Assembly (NCBI GenBank): GCA_964016885.1
Contig: OZ024750.1
Span: 42,656,001-42,720,000, forward strand
DNA length: 64,000 bases
Direction of reading: 5' to 3'
Source of the DNA: Eledone cirrhosa
Taxonomy: Eukaryota
The position numbers and the translations under genes were made by a program. The first letter of the stretch is position 1. Each line of letters starts with the position of its first letter. Shown here piece by piece: positions 13,001 through 25,694 of this stretch. The notes under the pieces were generated by a model, which saw only the letters and a program-made list of their open reading frames with translations, was not told the origin of the DNA and did no database searches.

Positions 13001-16000
13001 AAATTGTGGAACATTGTTTCCCTTCCTTCCCTTTGACTTCCATCTCTGATATTTGGAATATTCCAAAATTGTGGAACATTGTTTCCCTTCCTTCCCTTTG
13101 ACTTCCATCTCTGATATTTGGAATATTCTAAAATTGTGGAACATTGTTTCCCTTCCTTCCCTTTGACTTCCATCTCTGATATTTGGAATATTCTAAAATT
13201 GTGGAACATTGTTTCCCTTCCTTCCCTTTGACTTCCATCTCTGATATTTGGAATATTCCAAAATTGTGGAACATTGTTTCCCTTCCTTCCCTTTGACTTC
13301 CATCTATGATATTTGGAATATTCCAAAATTGTGGAACATTGTTTCCCTTCCTTCCCTTTGACTTCCATCTCTGATATTTGGAATATTCCAAAATTGTGGA
13401 ACATCGTTTCCCTTTCTTCCCTTTGACTTCCATCGATATTTGGAATATTCCCAAATTGTGGAACATTGTTTCCCTTCCTTCCCTTTGACTTCCATCTCTG
13501 ATATTTGGAATATTCTAAAATTGTGGAACATTGTTTCCCTTCCTTCCCTTTGACTTCCATCTCTGATATTTGGAATATTCCAAAATTGTGGAACATCGTT
13601 TCCCTTTCTTCCCTTTGACTTCCATCGATATTTGGAATATTCCCAAATTGTGGAACATTGTTTCCCTTCCTTCCCTTTGACTTCCATCTCTGATATTTGG
13701 AATATTCTAAAATTGTGGAACATTGTTTCCCTTCCTTCCCTTTGACTTCCATCTCTGATATTTGGAATATTCCAAAATTGTGGAACATTGTTTCCCTTCC
13801 TTCCCTTTGACTTCCATCTATGATATTTGGAATATTCCAAAATTGTGGAACATTGTTTCCCTTCCTTCCCTTTGACTTCCATCTCTGATATTTGGAATAT
13901 TCCAAAATTGTGGAACATTGTTTCCCTTCCTTCCCTTTGACTTCCATCTCTGATATTTGGAATATTCCAAAATTGTGGAACATTGTTTCCCTTCCTTCCC
14001 TTTGACTTCCATCTCTGATATTTGGAATATTCCAAAATTGTGGAACATTGTTTCCCTTCCTTCCCTTTGACTTCCATCTCTGATATTTGGAATATTCCAA
14101 AATTGTGGAACATTGTTTCCCTTCCTTCCCTTTGACTTCCATCTCTGATATTTGGAATATTCCAAAATTGTGGAACATTGTTTCCCTTCCTTCCCTTTGA
14201 CTTCCATCTCTGATATTTGGAATATTCCAAAATTGTGGAACATTGTTTCCCTTCCTTCCCTTTGACTTCCATCTCTGATATTTGGAATATTCCAAAATTG
14301 TGGAACATTGTTTCCCTTCCTTCCCTTTGACTTCCATCTCTGATATTTGGAATATTCCAAAATTGTGGAACATTGTTTCCCTTCCTTCCCTTTGACTTCC
14401 ATCTCTGATATTTGGAATATTCCAAAATTGTGGAACATTGTTTCCCTTCCTTCCCTTTGACTTCCATCTCTGATATTTGGAATATTCCAAAATTGTGGAA
14501 CATTGTTTCCCTTCCTTCCCTTTGACTTCCATCTCTGATATTTGGAATATTCCAAAATTGTGGAACATTGTTTCCCTTCCTTCCCTTTGACTTCCATCTC
14601 TGATATTTGGAATATTCTAAAATTGTGGAACATTGTTTCCCTTCCTTCCCTTTGACTTCCATCTCTGATATTTGGAATATTCCAAAATTGTGGAACATCG
14701 TTTCCCTTTCTTCCCTTTGACTTCCATCGATATTTGGAATATTCCCAAATTGTGGAACATTGTTTCCCTTCCTTCCCTTTGACTTCCATCGATATTTGGA
14801 ATATTCCAAAATTGTGGAACATTGTTTCCCTTCCTTTCCTTTGACTTCCATCGATATTTGGAATATTCCCAAATTGTGGAACATTGTTTCCCTTCCTTCC
14901 CTTTGACTTCCATCTATGATATTTGGAATATTCCAAAATTGTGGAACATTGTTTCCCTTCCTTCCCTTTGACTTCCATCTATGATATTTGGAATATTCCA
15001 AAATTGTGGAACATTGTTTCCCTTCCTTCCCTTTGACTTCCATCTCTGATATTTGGAATATTCCAAAATTGTGGAACATCGTTTCCCTTTCTTCCCTTTG
15101 ACTTCCATCGATATTTGGAATATTCCCAAATTGTGGAACATTGTTTCCCTTCCTTCCCTTTGACTTCCATCGATATTTGGAATATTCCAAAATTGTGGAA
15201 CATTGTTTCCCTTCCTTTCCTTTGACTTCCATCGATATTTGGAATATTCCCAAATTGTGGAACATTGTTTCCCTTCCTTCCCTTTGACTTCCATCTATGA
15301 TATTTGGAATATTCCAAAATTGTGGAACATTGTTTCCCTTCCTTCCCTTTGACTTCCATCTATGATATTTGGAATATTCCAAAATTGTGGAACATTGTTT
15401 CCCTTCCTTCCCTTTGACTTCCATCTCTGATATTTGGAATATTCTAAAATTGTGGAACATTGTTTCCCTTCCTTCCCTTTGACTTCCATCTCTGATATTT
15501 GGAATATTCTAAAATTGTGGAACATTGTTTCCCTTCCTTCCCTTTGACTTCCATCTCTGATATTTGGAATATTCCAAAATTGTGGAACATCGTTTCCCTT
15601 TCTTCCCTTTGACTTCCATCGATATTTGGAATATTCCCAAATTGTGGAACATTGTTTCCCTTCCTTCCCTTTGACTTCCATCGATATTTGGAATATTCCA
15701 AAATTGTGGAACATTGTTTCCCTTCCTTTCCTTTGACTTCCATCGATATTTGGAATATTCCCAAATTGTGGAACATTGTTTCCCTTCCTTCCCTTTGACT
15801 TCCATCTATGATATTTGGAATATTCCAAAATTGTGGAACATTGTTTCCCTTCCTTCCCTTTGACTTCCATCTATGATATTTGGAATATTCCAAAATTGTG
15901 GAACATTGTTTCCCTTCCTTCCCTTTGACTTCCATCTCTGATATTTGGAATATTCTAAAATTGTGGAACATTGTTTCCCTTCCTTCCCTTTGACTTCCAT

Positions 16001-17733
16001 CTCTGATATTTGGAATATTCTAAAATTGTGGAACATTGTTTCCCTTCCTTCCCTTTGACTTCCATCTCTGATATTTGGAATATTCCAAAATTGTGGAACA
16101 TCGTTTCCCTTTCTTCCCTTTGACTTCCATCGATATTTGGAATATTCCCAAATTGTGGAACATTGTTTCCCTTCCTTCCCTTTGACTTCCATCTCTGATA
16201 TTTGGAATATTCCAAAATTGTGGAACATCGTTTCCCTTTCTTCCCTTTGACTTCCATCGATATTTGGAATATTCCCAAATTGTGGAACATTGTTTCCCTT
16301 CCTTCCCTTTGACTTCCATCTCTGATATTTGGAATATTCCAAAATTGTGGAACATCGTTTCCCTTTCTTCCCTTTGACTTCCATCGATATTTGGAATATT
16401 CCCAAATTGTGGAACATTGTTTCCCTTCCTTCCCTTTGACTTCCATCTCTGATATTTGGAATATTCCAAAATTGTGGAACATCGTTTCCCTTTCTTCCCT
16501 TTGACTTCCATCGATATTTGGAATATTCCCAAATTGTGGAACATTGTTTCCCTTCCTTCCCTTTGACTTCCATCTCTGATATTTGGAATATTCCAAAATT
16601 GTGGAACATCGTTTCCCTTTCTTCCCTTTGACTTCCATCGATATTTGGAATATTCCCAAATTGTGGAACATTGTTTCCCTTCCTTCCCTTTGACTTCCAT
16701 CTCTGATATTTGGAATATTCCAAAATTGTGGAACATCGTTTCCCTTTCTTCCCTTTGACTTCCATCGATATTTGGAATATTCCAAAATTGTGGAACATCG
16801 TTTCCCTTTCTTCCCTTTGACTTCCATCGATATTTGGAATATTCCAAAATTGTGGAACATTGTTTCCCTTCCTTCCCTTTGACTTCCATCTCTGATATTT
16901 GGAATATTCCAACATTGTGGAACATCGTTTCCCTTTCTTCCCTTTGACTTCCATCGATATTTGGAATATTCCAAAATTGTGGAACATCGTTTCCCTTTCT
17001 TCCCTTTGACTTCCATCGATATTTGGAATATTCCAAAATTGTGGAACATTGTTTCCCTTCCTTCCCTTTGACTTCCATCGATATTTGGAATATTCCCAAA
17101 TTGTGGAACATTGTTTCCCTTCCTTCCCTTTGACTTCCATCGATATTTGGAATATTCCAAAATTGTCGAACATTGTTTCCCTTCCTTCCCTTTGACTTCC
17201 ATCGATATTTGGAATATTCCAAAATTGTGGAACATTGTTTCCCTTCCCTTTGACTTCCATCTCTGATATTTGGAATATTCCAAAATTGTGGAACATTGTT
17301 TCCCTTCCTTCCCTTTGACTTCCATCTCTGATATTTGGAATATTCCAAAATTGTGGAACATCGTTTCCCTTTCTTCGCTTTGACTTCCATCTCTGATATT
17401 TGGAATATTCCAAAATTGTGGAACAATGTTTCCCTTTCTTTGACTTCCATCTCTGATATTTGGAATATTCCAAAATTGTGGTACAATGTTTCCCTTCCTT
17501 TGACTTCTATCTCTGATATTTGGAATATTCCAAACTTGTGGAACATTGTTTCCCTTCCTTTAACTTCCATCTCTGATATATGGAATATTCCAAACTTGTG
17601 GAACATTGTTTCCCTTCCTTTGACTTCTATCTCTGATATATGGAATATTCCAAACTTGTGTAACATTGTTTCCCTTCCTTTGAGTTCCATCTCTGATATT
17701 TGGAATATTCCAAACTTGTGGAACATTGTTTCT
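4036..17733. repeat. 65/62-bp satellite array, roughly 210 units
   Basis: Unit TTTGACTTCCATCTCTGATATTTGGAATATTCCAAAATTGTGGAACATTGTTTCCCTTCCTTCCC. A 62-bp variant has ATCGAT; 60-bp diverged units lie at the right edge. Confidence 0.99.
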
Positions 17734-17859
17734 CTATAGAAATATTCTATAATTTCATTAATCCAAACTTTTATTTTTGTTGCTATGTGAGAGGTTAACA
17801 AACAGAGCAGTGTTATAATAGTTATAATAGTTATAACAGTTATAGTAGTTATAATGACA

Positions 17860-18048
17860 AGATGCCAGTCCTTCACAAGGTTAAACCCCCAAATATTGCT
17901 GGTACTCATTTTCAGCTGAGTATACTTGAGTAACATGAAATGAAGTGTTTTGCTCAAGAACACAACACATCACCTAGTCCAAGAATTGAACTCACACCAT
18001 TATGATCATAAGTGCAACACACTTACCATTAGGCCATACACCTTCACA
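17860..18048 (-). mobile_element. Diverged tRNA/CORE-type SINE
   Basis: Similar to the family A head (CAGCTGAGT..., GAAGTGTTTTGCTCAAGAACACAACAC, GAATTGAACTCAC). Confidence 0.7.
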
Positions 18049-19199
18049 CTGGATTCTGTGACATTACACATTCATGTTTACACATACACACACAAGCACA
18101 TATTTACACATGTACACACATTTTAGACTGATTGCAAAATAAAGCACTAATGTCTTGTGTCACATCATCAACACCAAACTTAGCCTCTCACTAATCTATA
18201 TTCTTTCTTCCTTTCTTCCTTCTATTGCTCTTGTAGTTCCTACTTCTGCTAATGTATTATGTATTGAATCAATCCTTTGCTTTAAACCTACTTTGAAATA
18301 TGGGATTTATTCACCTACTATTCTTTCACAAAGTCCTTTAATGTATTTTCCCTTTCAGACCTTCTGCTTAATACATTGCTTAATCCTTCTCCACTTCTTC
18401 ACCGAAACTTCATAGAAACACCCTGTCCACATTATATTTCCCTGCCAACTATTGAACTTAAGCGATTAAATTTAAATATTAGATACAACCATGCCAACCA
18501 GATATCTCTACTAGTCTTGATTCTTGTCTCTTTTTCTTCCTCAAACTAATATAATATATAGAAAATCTTTTCATAGATCTTGATCCTGTGTCATCTTATC
18601 TAAAGGGTTTAACCTGATCCAACACTAGATTCAGCAGAAAAAGCAATCAAGATACCATAAAACTCTATAGTGAAGCCTGCTGTTAGCTGCTAAAATAACT
18701 GTGTCAGCATACCTAACCTAAAGACAAAACTCTTTTTTAAATGTCAATATTAAATTAAATCTTAAATTTAGAAGTAAATCTAACATCTCCATTATCAGCT
18801 CATATTTTCTCAAGAGATAAAAAACAACAACAACAACAGCACCAACCACAACAATAACAGCCATGACAACCACAACAACCCTCACCACACCATCAACAAC
18901 CACACAGTAATAACAACACCACCACTGTTTATGGACTTAGATGAAAAGTGTATATGACTGGCAGGCGCTATTAAGAATGTGAAGCTTTGGTAATTAATAC
19001 TTTTATAGTTCTGAAATTAAGCCATTATTGATTGCTAAATGCTAAGTTGATTTGTGCCATATACTGCATGCTATTGCTCCAGGTTATGGCAGAACATCCT
19101 TTTATTCTGCTGACTTAGCTAGAAAGGTTCTCTTAAGTTTTCTTTATAAGAGATAGCACCAATATTCAAAGACAAACACAATTGATATTTCTAACAGAT

Positions 19200-19510
19200 T
19201 TGACTGGTTCCATTAAACTAACTCATTAAATGAGTACTAGTGAAAATAATTTAATGGGTTACATTAAACTAACATTAACTAAGTACTAGTGATGATATGT
19301 TAATGGGTTACATTAAACTAACATTAAATGAGTGTTAACGGGGATGTTTTAATGGACTCCATTAAAATAACGCATTAAATGTGTGTTGGTTGTGATATTT
19401 TAATGGGGCCCGTTAAACTAACATTAAATGAGTGTTAATGGGGATTTTTTAATGGGTTCCATTAAAATAACATTAAATGAGTGTTAGAGAAGATATTTTA
19501 GGTCCCAGTA
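19200..19510. repeat. Diverged ~50-bp minisatellite, ~6 units, each with a TTAATGG...CCATTAA dyad
   Basis: Recurrent TTAATGGGTT(A/C)CATTAAACTAACATTAAATGAGTG. Confidence 0.85.
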
Positions 19511-19707
19511 ATTATACAACTAAGAAAACTATCAACAGACTTATACTATAACTATAGAAGTGAGAAAAACAACACAATTAAGTTATATTGACTTTCATTA
19601 TACAAATACCATAATACAACTAGCAGAATTAATTGACTATATATATATGATGTATGTATGTATGTATGTATGTATGTATGTATGTATGTATGTATGTATG
19701 TATGTAT

Positions 19708-20277
19708 CCCAGTACAACCTATCCCATGGTCGGGTCGTTGGCGACTAAACTGGCAACCCCACCAAGGTTTCTTGGTGAGGAGGGTGACTTTGGACATCCT
19801 GCAGGACTAAAAACAAAACCTGTCAAAGGGCAAAGGAGCTCTTAAGAGTCAATGGCCATCCAAAATCACCGGGAGAGATGACCCCTTAGCCTTTGTCAAG
19901 GCAGAATTCTAGGAGAAGGAAAACTCTGATATAACACCTGCAACTCTGATGCTATCCAATGATGTTGACTTGTTCTTCTTTTTGGTAAATATCATCTTGG
20001 TTAAGAGAGTGGGACTGGCTTTGTGCAGTGCCTTTGCTCACTATAAAAGCTTCACGGCACAGGCATTGCTTTATATCTGGAGATCTCTCTGCATTTGTCG
20101 TCACATGGTACCATGGGCCCAGCACTAAGTGTCAATAATTGTCACAAGTGTAGTGTTTGTACCAGAGTTTTCAAGTCCCTGGCTGGACTAAAAAGTCACA
20201 CTCGTTCAGCTCATCGGTAGGGGTTCTCCTACATGGATATAAAGTAGTGGCCGTACTCGAAAACGAGTTGGCAGCCA

Positions 20278-20280
<3 letters not shown>
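19708..20280 (+). mobile_element. Probable LINE (RTE-like) 5' UTR relic
   Basis: GC-richer island between (TATG)n and (TA)n, containing GGAGAAGGAAAACTCTGA, which I recall from RTE 5' UTRs; not verified. Confidence 0.4.
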
Positions 20281-20314
<34 letters not shown>

Positions 20315-20384
20315 AATGAATAAATAGTTGTATTTCCACATTAGAGTTTATAGAAATTGTGAAGTCAGCAGATGGTCTGCCAGA

Positions 20385-20869
20385 ACACATGGGGCCATGT
20401 GGTTAGAATGTCTCAGGAAAGAATCGCTGGACAGATTTTACAGGCCAAAAAACCAAACGGCAGGAGACCCAGGGGTAGACCCCGAGCAAGATGGTTGGAT
20501 AACAGCCATGAACTTGGCTGGTCACACTTAGGGATCCAGCTGGATCTGGAACTGGAAGGAGTGTTTAAGGACTCTGCCCCAACAATGATGACAATAACAA
20601 TGGTGATGATAATAATAATGGTAGAAGAAGAAGAAGAAGGTAAAGAAGAAGAATAAGAAGAAGGTGAAGAAGAAGAAGAAGAAGAAGAAGAAGAAGAAGA
20701 AGGTGAAGAAGAAGAAGAAGGTAAAGAAGAAGAAGAAGAAGAAGGTAAAGAAGAAGAAGAAGAAGGTAAAGAAGAAGAATAAGAAGGTGAAGAAGAAGAA
20801 GAAGGTAAAGAAGCTGGTAAAGAAGAAGAAGAAGAAGAAGAAGAAGAAGAAGAAGAAGAAGGTAAAGAA

Positions 20870-20900
<31 letters not shown>

Positions 20901-20950
20901 GAAAAAAGAAAAAGAAAAAGAAAAAGAAAAAGAAAAAGAAAAAGAAAAAG
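20385..20950 (+). mobile_element. RTE LINE 3'-end fragment with expanded (GAA)n-derived tail
   Basis: WGHVVRMSQER...GRRPRGRPRARWLDN is the RTE C-terminal motif; a GAA/GAAAAA tract follows. Confidence 0.8.
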
Positions 20951-21191
20951 AAGTAGGTTTAAAACTATAAATATTAAAAATAAAAGACTTATTGAAAAAA
21001 CTGACATGAAACTCATATCTATTAACACAGTAATTCTTGGAATGTTAAACTTAGCTTTTGATTCAGAAATATAAGAAATTTAAGCAACTGACACATGTGA
21101 GGATATTAATCTTGTACGGAAGATAGATCATGTTGGGTGTGAGGTTCTTCAAGACATTTAAGAAAGAACAATTCAAAGAGATTATTGTAGA

Positions 21192-21747
21192 GGGCGGTGA
21201 ATTGGCAGTATCGGTAGAGGGTAGGATATACTTTCCAGCATAGTTACGTCCCTTTACGATCTGAGTTCAAATCCCGCCGAGGTTTACTTTGCCTTTCATC
21301 CTTACGGGGTCGATAAAATAAAGTACCAGTAATGTACTGGGATAATTGCTGGCCTTGTGCCAAAAGTAGAAACAATTATTGTAGTTATGGTTTACACTGA
21401 TCAACTGAAACTAAACTGGGATATTTCAGTTTTGTTCTGGTTAACTAAAGTCATTGTTTTACATCTGCTTTCCATGCTTGTATGGGTTGGATGGGTTGTA
21501 TCATTATTATTTTAGGCTAGCCATGCTTTGATGCATAGAGTTACAGCCCTTGCCATTCTGAGTTCAAATCCTGCCGAGGTTAACTTTGCCTTTCATCCTT
21601 ACGGGGTCGATAAAATAAAGTACCAGTAATACACTGGGATAATTGCTGGCCTGGTGCCAAATGTAGAAACAATTATTTTAGGTTAGCTTTGCCTTTCATC
21701 TTTACGGAGTCAATAAAATAAAATACCAGTGATGCATTGGAGTCAAT
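21192..21747 (+). mobile_element. Cluster of family B SINE copies (one full, two partial)
   Basis: GAGTTCAAATCC B box, TTTGCCTTTCATCCTTACGGGGTCGATAAAATAAAGTACCAGT core (Meta-domain-like from recall), GCTGGCCTTGTGCCAAAAGTAGAAACAATT tail. Confidence 0.8.
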
Positions 21748-22235
21748 TTAACCTTTTAGCATTTAAACTGGCCAGACCTCTCTCACTTCTTTCTGTTCAA
21801 ACTGGCTGTAACTGGCCAGTCATACTGACATTAAGGTATTATTCTCAAAATAAACATCATCAAATAGATTCACTATTATGTAAGATAATGATGTGAGGTA
21901 AAGCCTTTACAGTGAAAATACAATAGTATATATAGAGTAATGTAAATATTATGTGAGGTAAAGCCTTTACAGTGAAAATACAATAGTATATATAGAGTGG
22001 TTTCTTTATTTGCCACTAGGGCACAAAAGGTAGGGACAGATACAAGGGGGGAAGTTTACATATAATTAACGAGTACAAAAATATAACAATGAAATAACAA
22101 CAACAAACGAAGTCCTCAATAGGGAGGGGGCATTAACATGGGTCGCACACACCCCGGAAAAAATGTGCAACCCTTCTCCTCAGGAGCACAAAGAGTAGGT
22201 GCTTCCCTCGTCTCCTCTTTTTCCTCTTCTTTCAC

Positions 22236-25200
22236 CTACAGGCTGATATAGAGAGAAGACCCATTCACTCTGGCCATTCTCCCTACTTTCACCCACCTTT
22301 CATAAAACTTGCTGGGGTAGAGCACCTCTCTCTCCATTCTGATCCTTCTTTTAAAATGGTATTTGAAAAAGGGGACCAGTTGTTGGCCGGAGAGAAAGGT
22401 GTCTGACCTCAGCCCTTTCAGCCTCGTCCACCATACAACTTCTTTAGCCATGGCTATCACACAGAGAAAAACCGCCTCTCCTTCGTTTTTGAAAGGGGGA
22501 GGCGGTTTGATCGTGACAATGGACTCGGTGGTCAACTGGATTGGTCCCACCCTCGACAGTAGTCGTTCCACATAGCCCCACAGGTCAGCAATGCCTGGGC
22601 AGTGTACGAATGCGTGCGCAACGGTTTCGTCATCATGCACGCATCTCGGACAGATCTTATTCAAAGGATCTCTACCCAGGCTCCCATGCCTGTGGAGCTT
22701 GTCTCGAACGGGTAGAGCCCCTCGGTAGCACTGCCAAGCCAGGGACTTTTGGAAGTTGTCCATCGGTTCAGGGCCAAACGTCCTACCGAACAGACTGGCC
22801 AGTTCATCTTCCTCCATGCCTAGAGCTTCTCCGAGAGCATCGTCGCACCTGCTGCGTACCAACCCTCTATAGAATGTCGAGGTGGAGTCTCCACTGATTG
22901 CCGGGACCGCTTTCCAGAGGGCCGTGAGCGCCTGGGTACATTCAATGTGCCAGTCGCCCACTTTTCTCGGTCTTTGCTTGACCCAGGATTGCAGCTCGGT
23001 GAGCGAGACGAGTCTGGGAAAGGCTCGCCTCACAAACGGGGCCCACACCGGTTGACCGGTGAGGAATACCTGGAGGTGCCGTAGCCTTAATGCGTGTTTA
23101 CGCATCTGTAGCCACGGCATCCCCAGCCCTCCTTTCGAAGGGTGTTGACAGCAGATGGATCTCCTCACCAAAGGGGTCCGCTTGTTCCAAAGAAATTGGA
23201 ACAGCGCGCACTCCATTTTGGCGAGTCTTTTCACTGGGCAAGGCACGACGGTCAAGCGGTAGTAGATGACGGATGCTATATAAGTATTCGGCACCTCCGC
23301 TCGACCTTTCAGGGATAGTTTGCACTGGGCCCACTTCTGGGTGAGTGCAAACATCCTGGCCGTTACCTCGTTCCAGTTTTTCTCCACCTGGAGGTCTGGT
23401 CCGAACCAGACCCCAAGCAGCTTCACCGGGCCCTCCGTCCAGCGTCCGACGACGTCGTTGGAGGGCATCGGTTTGCCTCTCCATGTTCCGAGTTGCAAAC
23501 CGACGGACTTGTCCCGGTTCAGCTTGGCTCCTGTAAACCTTTCATATTCCTCCAGTAAGGTGCCGATCTCACCGATTTGCGAGGTTTTCGACACCATTAC
23601 TGTCACGTCATCGGCGTAGGCCGACGCCGCTTTCTGCAATCCCGGTTCCAAAGGGATGCCCTGCAACCGCTCCAACTTCCGCAGTAGTGGCTCAAGAGCC
23701 AGCACATACAGTAGGGAGGAGAGAGGGCATCCCTGTCGGATGGATCGCATGATTTGGAACGGCTCCGAGAGGTGGCCGTTCACCTTGACCCTTGAGCAGA
23801 CATTGCTGCTGTGCATCGCAGCAATCCAACCCCTGAAAACGGGTCCGAAGCCTGCCGCCGCGAGCACCGCATCCAGGTAACGATGGTCAACCCTATCGAA
23901 AGCTTTAGATTGATCCAAGTTGATCAGGGCCCCACCAAAACCGGGTTCATTCCCTACTCTCTCTATGATGTATCGCATAAGGTGGAGATTGTCGTGAATG
24001 GACCTGGGCGGGATTGCGCATGTCTGCGCTTCTCCCACCAGGTTTCCAACGACAAGCGCCAACCTCTTCGCTAACACCTTGGCCAAAATCTTTAACTCTG
24101 TATTTAGCAGAGTTATGGGCCTGAAGTTACTTATGTCATCCCCCTTGTTCTCATCCTTCCTCACCAGCGTAACTACGCCCTTGGTCACAGAACTGGGAAT
24201 TCTCCCGTTCTGCTGCCAGTTGCAGTAGACCGCTTCGAGGATATCGGAGAACAAGTCCGGCATCGCTACATATAGCTCGTATGGTAGACCATCGAGACCC
24301 GGGGATTTGCGTTTGCCGCATTGGCTCAGCGCCGCCCCTATCTCAGCAGCTGAAATCGTCCTTTCGCAGGACTTCGCCTCCGCGTCCGAGAGGCGCGGCA
24401 GACCGTAGAGGTATGGATTGAAATCCATAGTCTCACCCGGCGCGCCGCCCCTCTCGAACAGTCGTGCAAAGTGCCGCTGAAAGGCCGCACAAATCTGCCC
24501 AGGTTCAAGGATCACACGCCCATCCTGGTCCTTCAAAGACCGAATCGTGGACTTGTTCCCACTTTTTGCCTCTGTCACTCGGGCCCAGCTCACAGCTTTG
24601 ACTCCCTCATTACCCAGAGCACGTATTTTACTCCTGACAACGCAGCCTTCATGCTTCACCTCAAAGAACTGGTCTAAGGCCATTCTTGATGCCAGCACGC
24701 CGGCTACATTGCCACTCCTAATCGCCTCTTCTACTCTATCTACTAATTCCCTTTCCGTCTTGTTCCTATCCCTTGCTAATTCCTGACTAAAACCTATCGA
24801 TTCTATTCTAATTGCTCTCTTAAGAGAGCTCTACCACCTGTTGTTGACAATTGCCCCTGTCAAACTCTGCTTAACTAACGTGCTAATCCGTTTACTGTAA
24901 GCTTTGCTTCTCGGTAAGGACAAGTTCAGCTTCCAGTAACCGGGTCCCTGTCTATGGGTTCTATCAAGGTTGGCTATGCAGGTCACTAACTTGTGATCCG
25001 AATAGTCAACCATGAACATTTTTGGACAGCTAAATGTGTCCCTATCCTTCTCTCTAACTAGGACCCTATCTAGGTACGACCTAGATGTTCCGCTACGATT
25101 GGTCCACGTCCATAGTGGTACAGTCGGAAAATCTAGTCGATATCTATCGGCCAGGTCAAATCGGCCGATTAACCTTTTGAGGCTTTTACACACCCCTCTA

Positions 25201-25673
25201 TTGGCACATGCCCCTACATAGTCCCAACGTGCATCCAGGATACCATTCCAGTCCCCCACTAAAAGCAAGGAGCGGGACGTTCCCAGAAAAGTTTCCAAAC
25301 GTTGGAAGTATTCCGGCCGCGCTGCCCAAAAAGGGGCGTACACAGCTATTAGTCTAAGGGCTCCACTTTCACTACTGCCGACGTCTAAAACCACCAGTCG
25401 ACCCTCCGGGTCCAGGTGCACCTTCTGTATGGCGAGGCCCAGGTGTTTTCGCAGCAGAACGACAACAACACCCCTACCCCCCGGTTGACAGAGAGATGCG
25501 AAGATCTCAAAGTCGTCGAAGAGGGGCGCCAGTTGGTGCTCGCTGCTGATCCTGGACTCGCAAATAGCCATTACATCCATTCTATGCGACCTGAGATCGT
25601 TTAAAAGTTTGCCTCGTTTCCAAGACAGTCCCAGGCCGCGTACATTCAGACACCCAACTCTTATATCAGCCAT
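22236..25673 (-). pseudogene. LINE ORF2 (APE endonuclease, reverse transcriptase, C-terminal Cys/His finger), 1145 codons with one in-frame TAG at 24831-24833
   Basis: LNVRGL, VYAP, GDWN, YLDR, SDH (APE); KSPGLDG, RPITLLN, KAFDRV, RQGCPLS, YADD (RT); CPRC..ETVAHAFVHC. The two track ORFs are in the same frame, joined by 44 sense codons. Confidence 0.92.
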
Positions 25674-25694
25674 GTTGGTTAAAAGAGGAAGGAC

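Noticed and set aside
4036-17733. CRISPR-like array of palindromic repeats
   Set aside because: No unique spacers, no cas genes, eukaryotic context.
3940-17963. Minus-strand ORFs up to 2660 aa
   Set aside because: The 65-bp unit simply lacks minus-strand stops. All three frames are open and cycle into each other, indels are not frame-preserving, and variants add TAG freely.
18130-18720. Possible second R4-like LINE relic (NVDRVFL..GEGLSNV)
   Set aside because: Too decayed to support by eye.
20200-20280. Minus-strand HDV-like fold (GGTGGCT/GGCCACT P1, ACTCGT/ACGAGT P2)
   Set aside because: No P3/L3 CC and no GG for P1.1; a simple hairpin explains the pairing.
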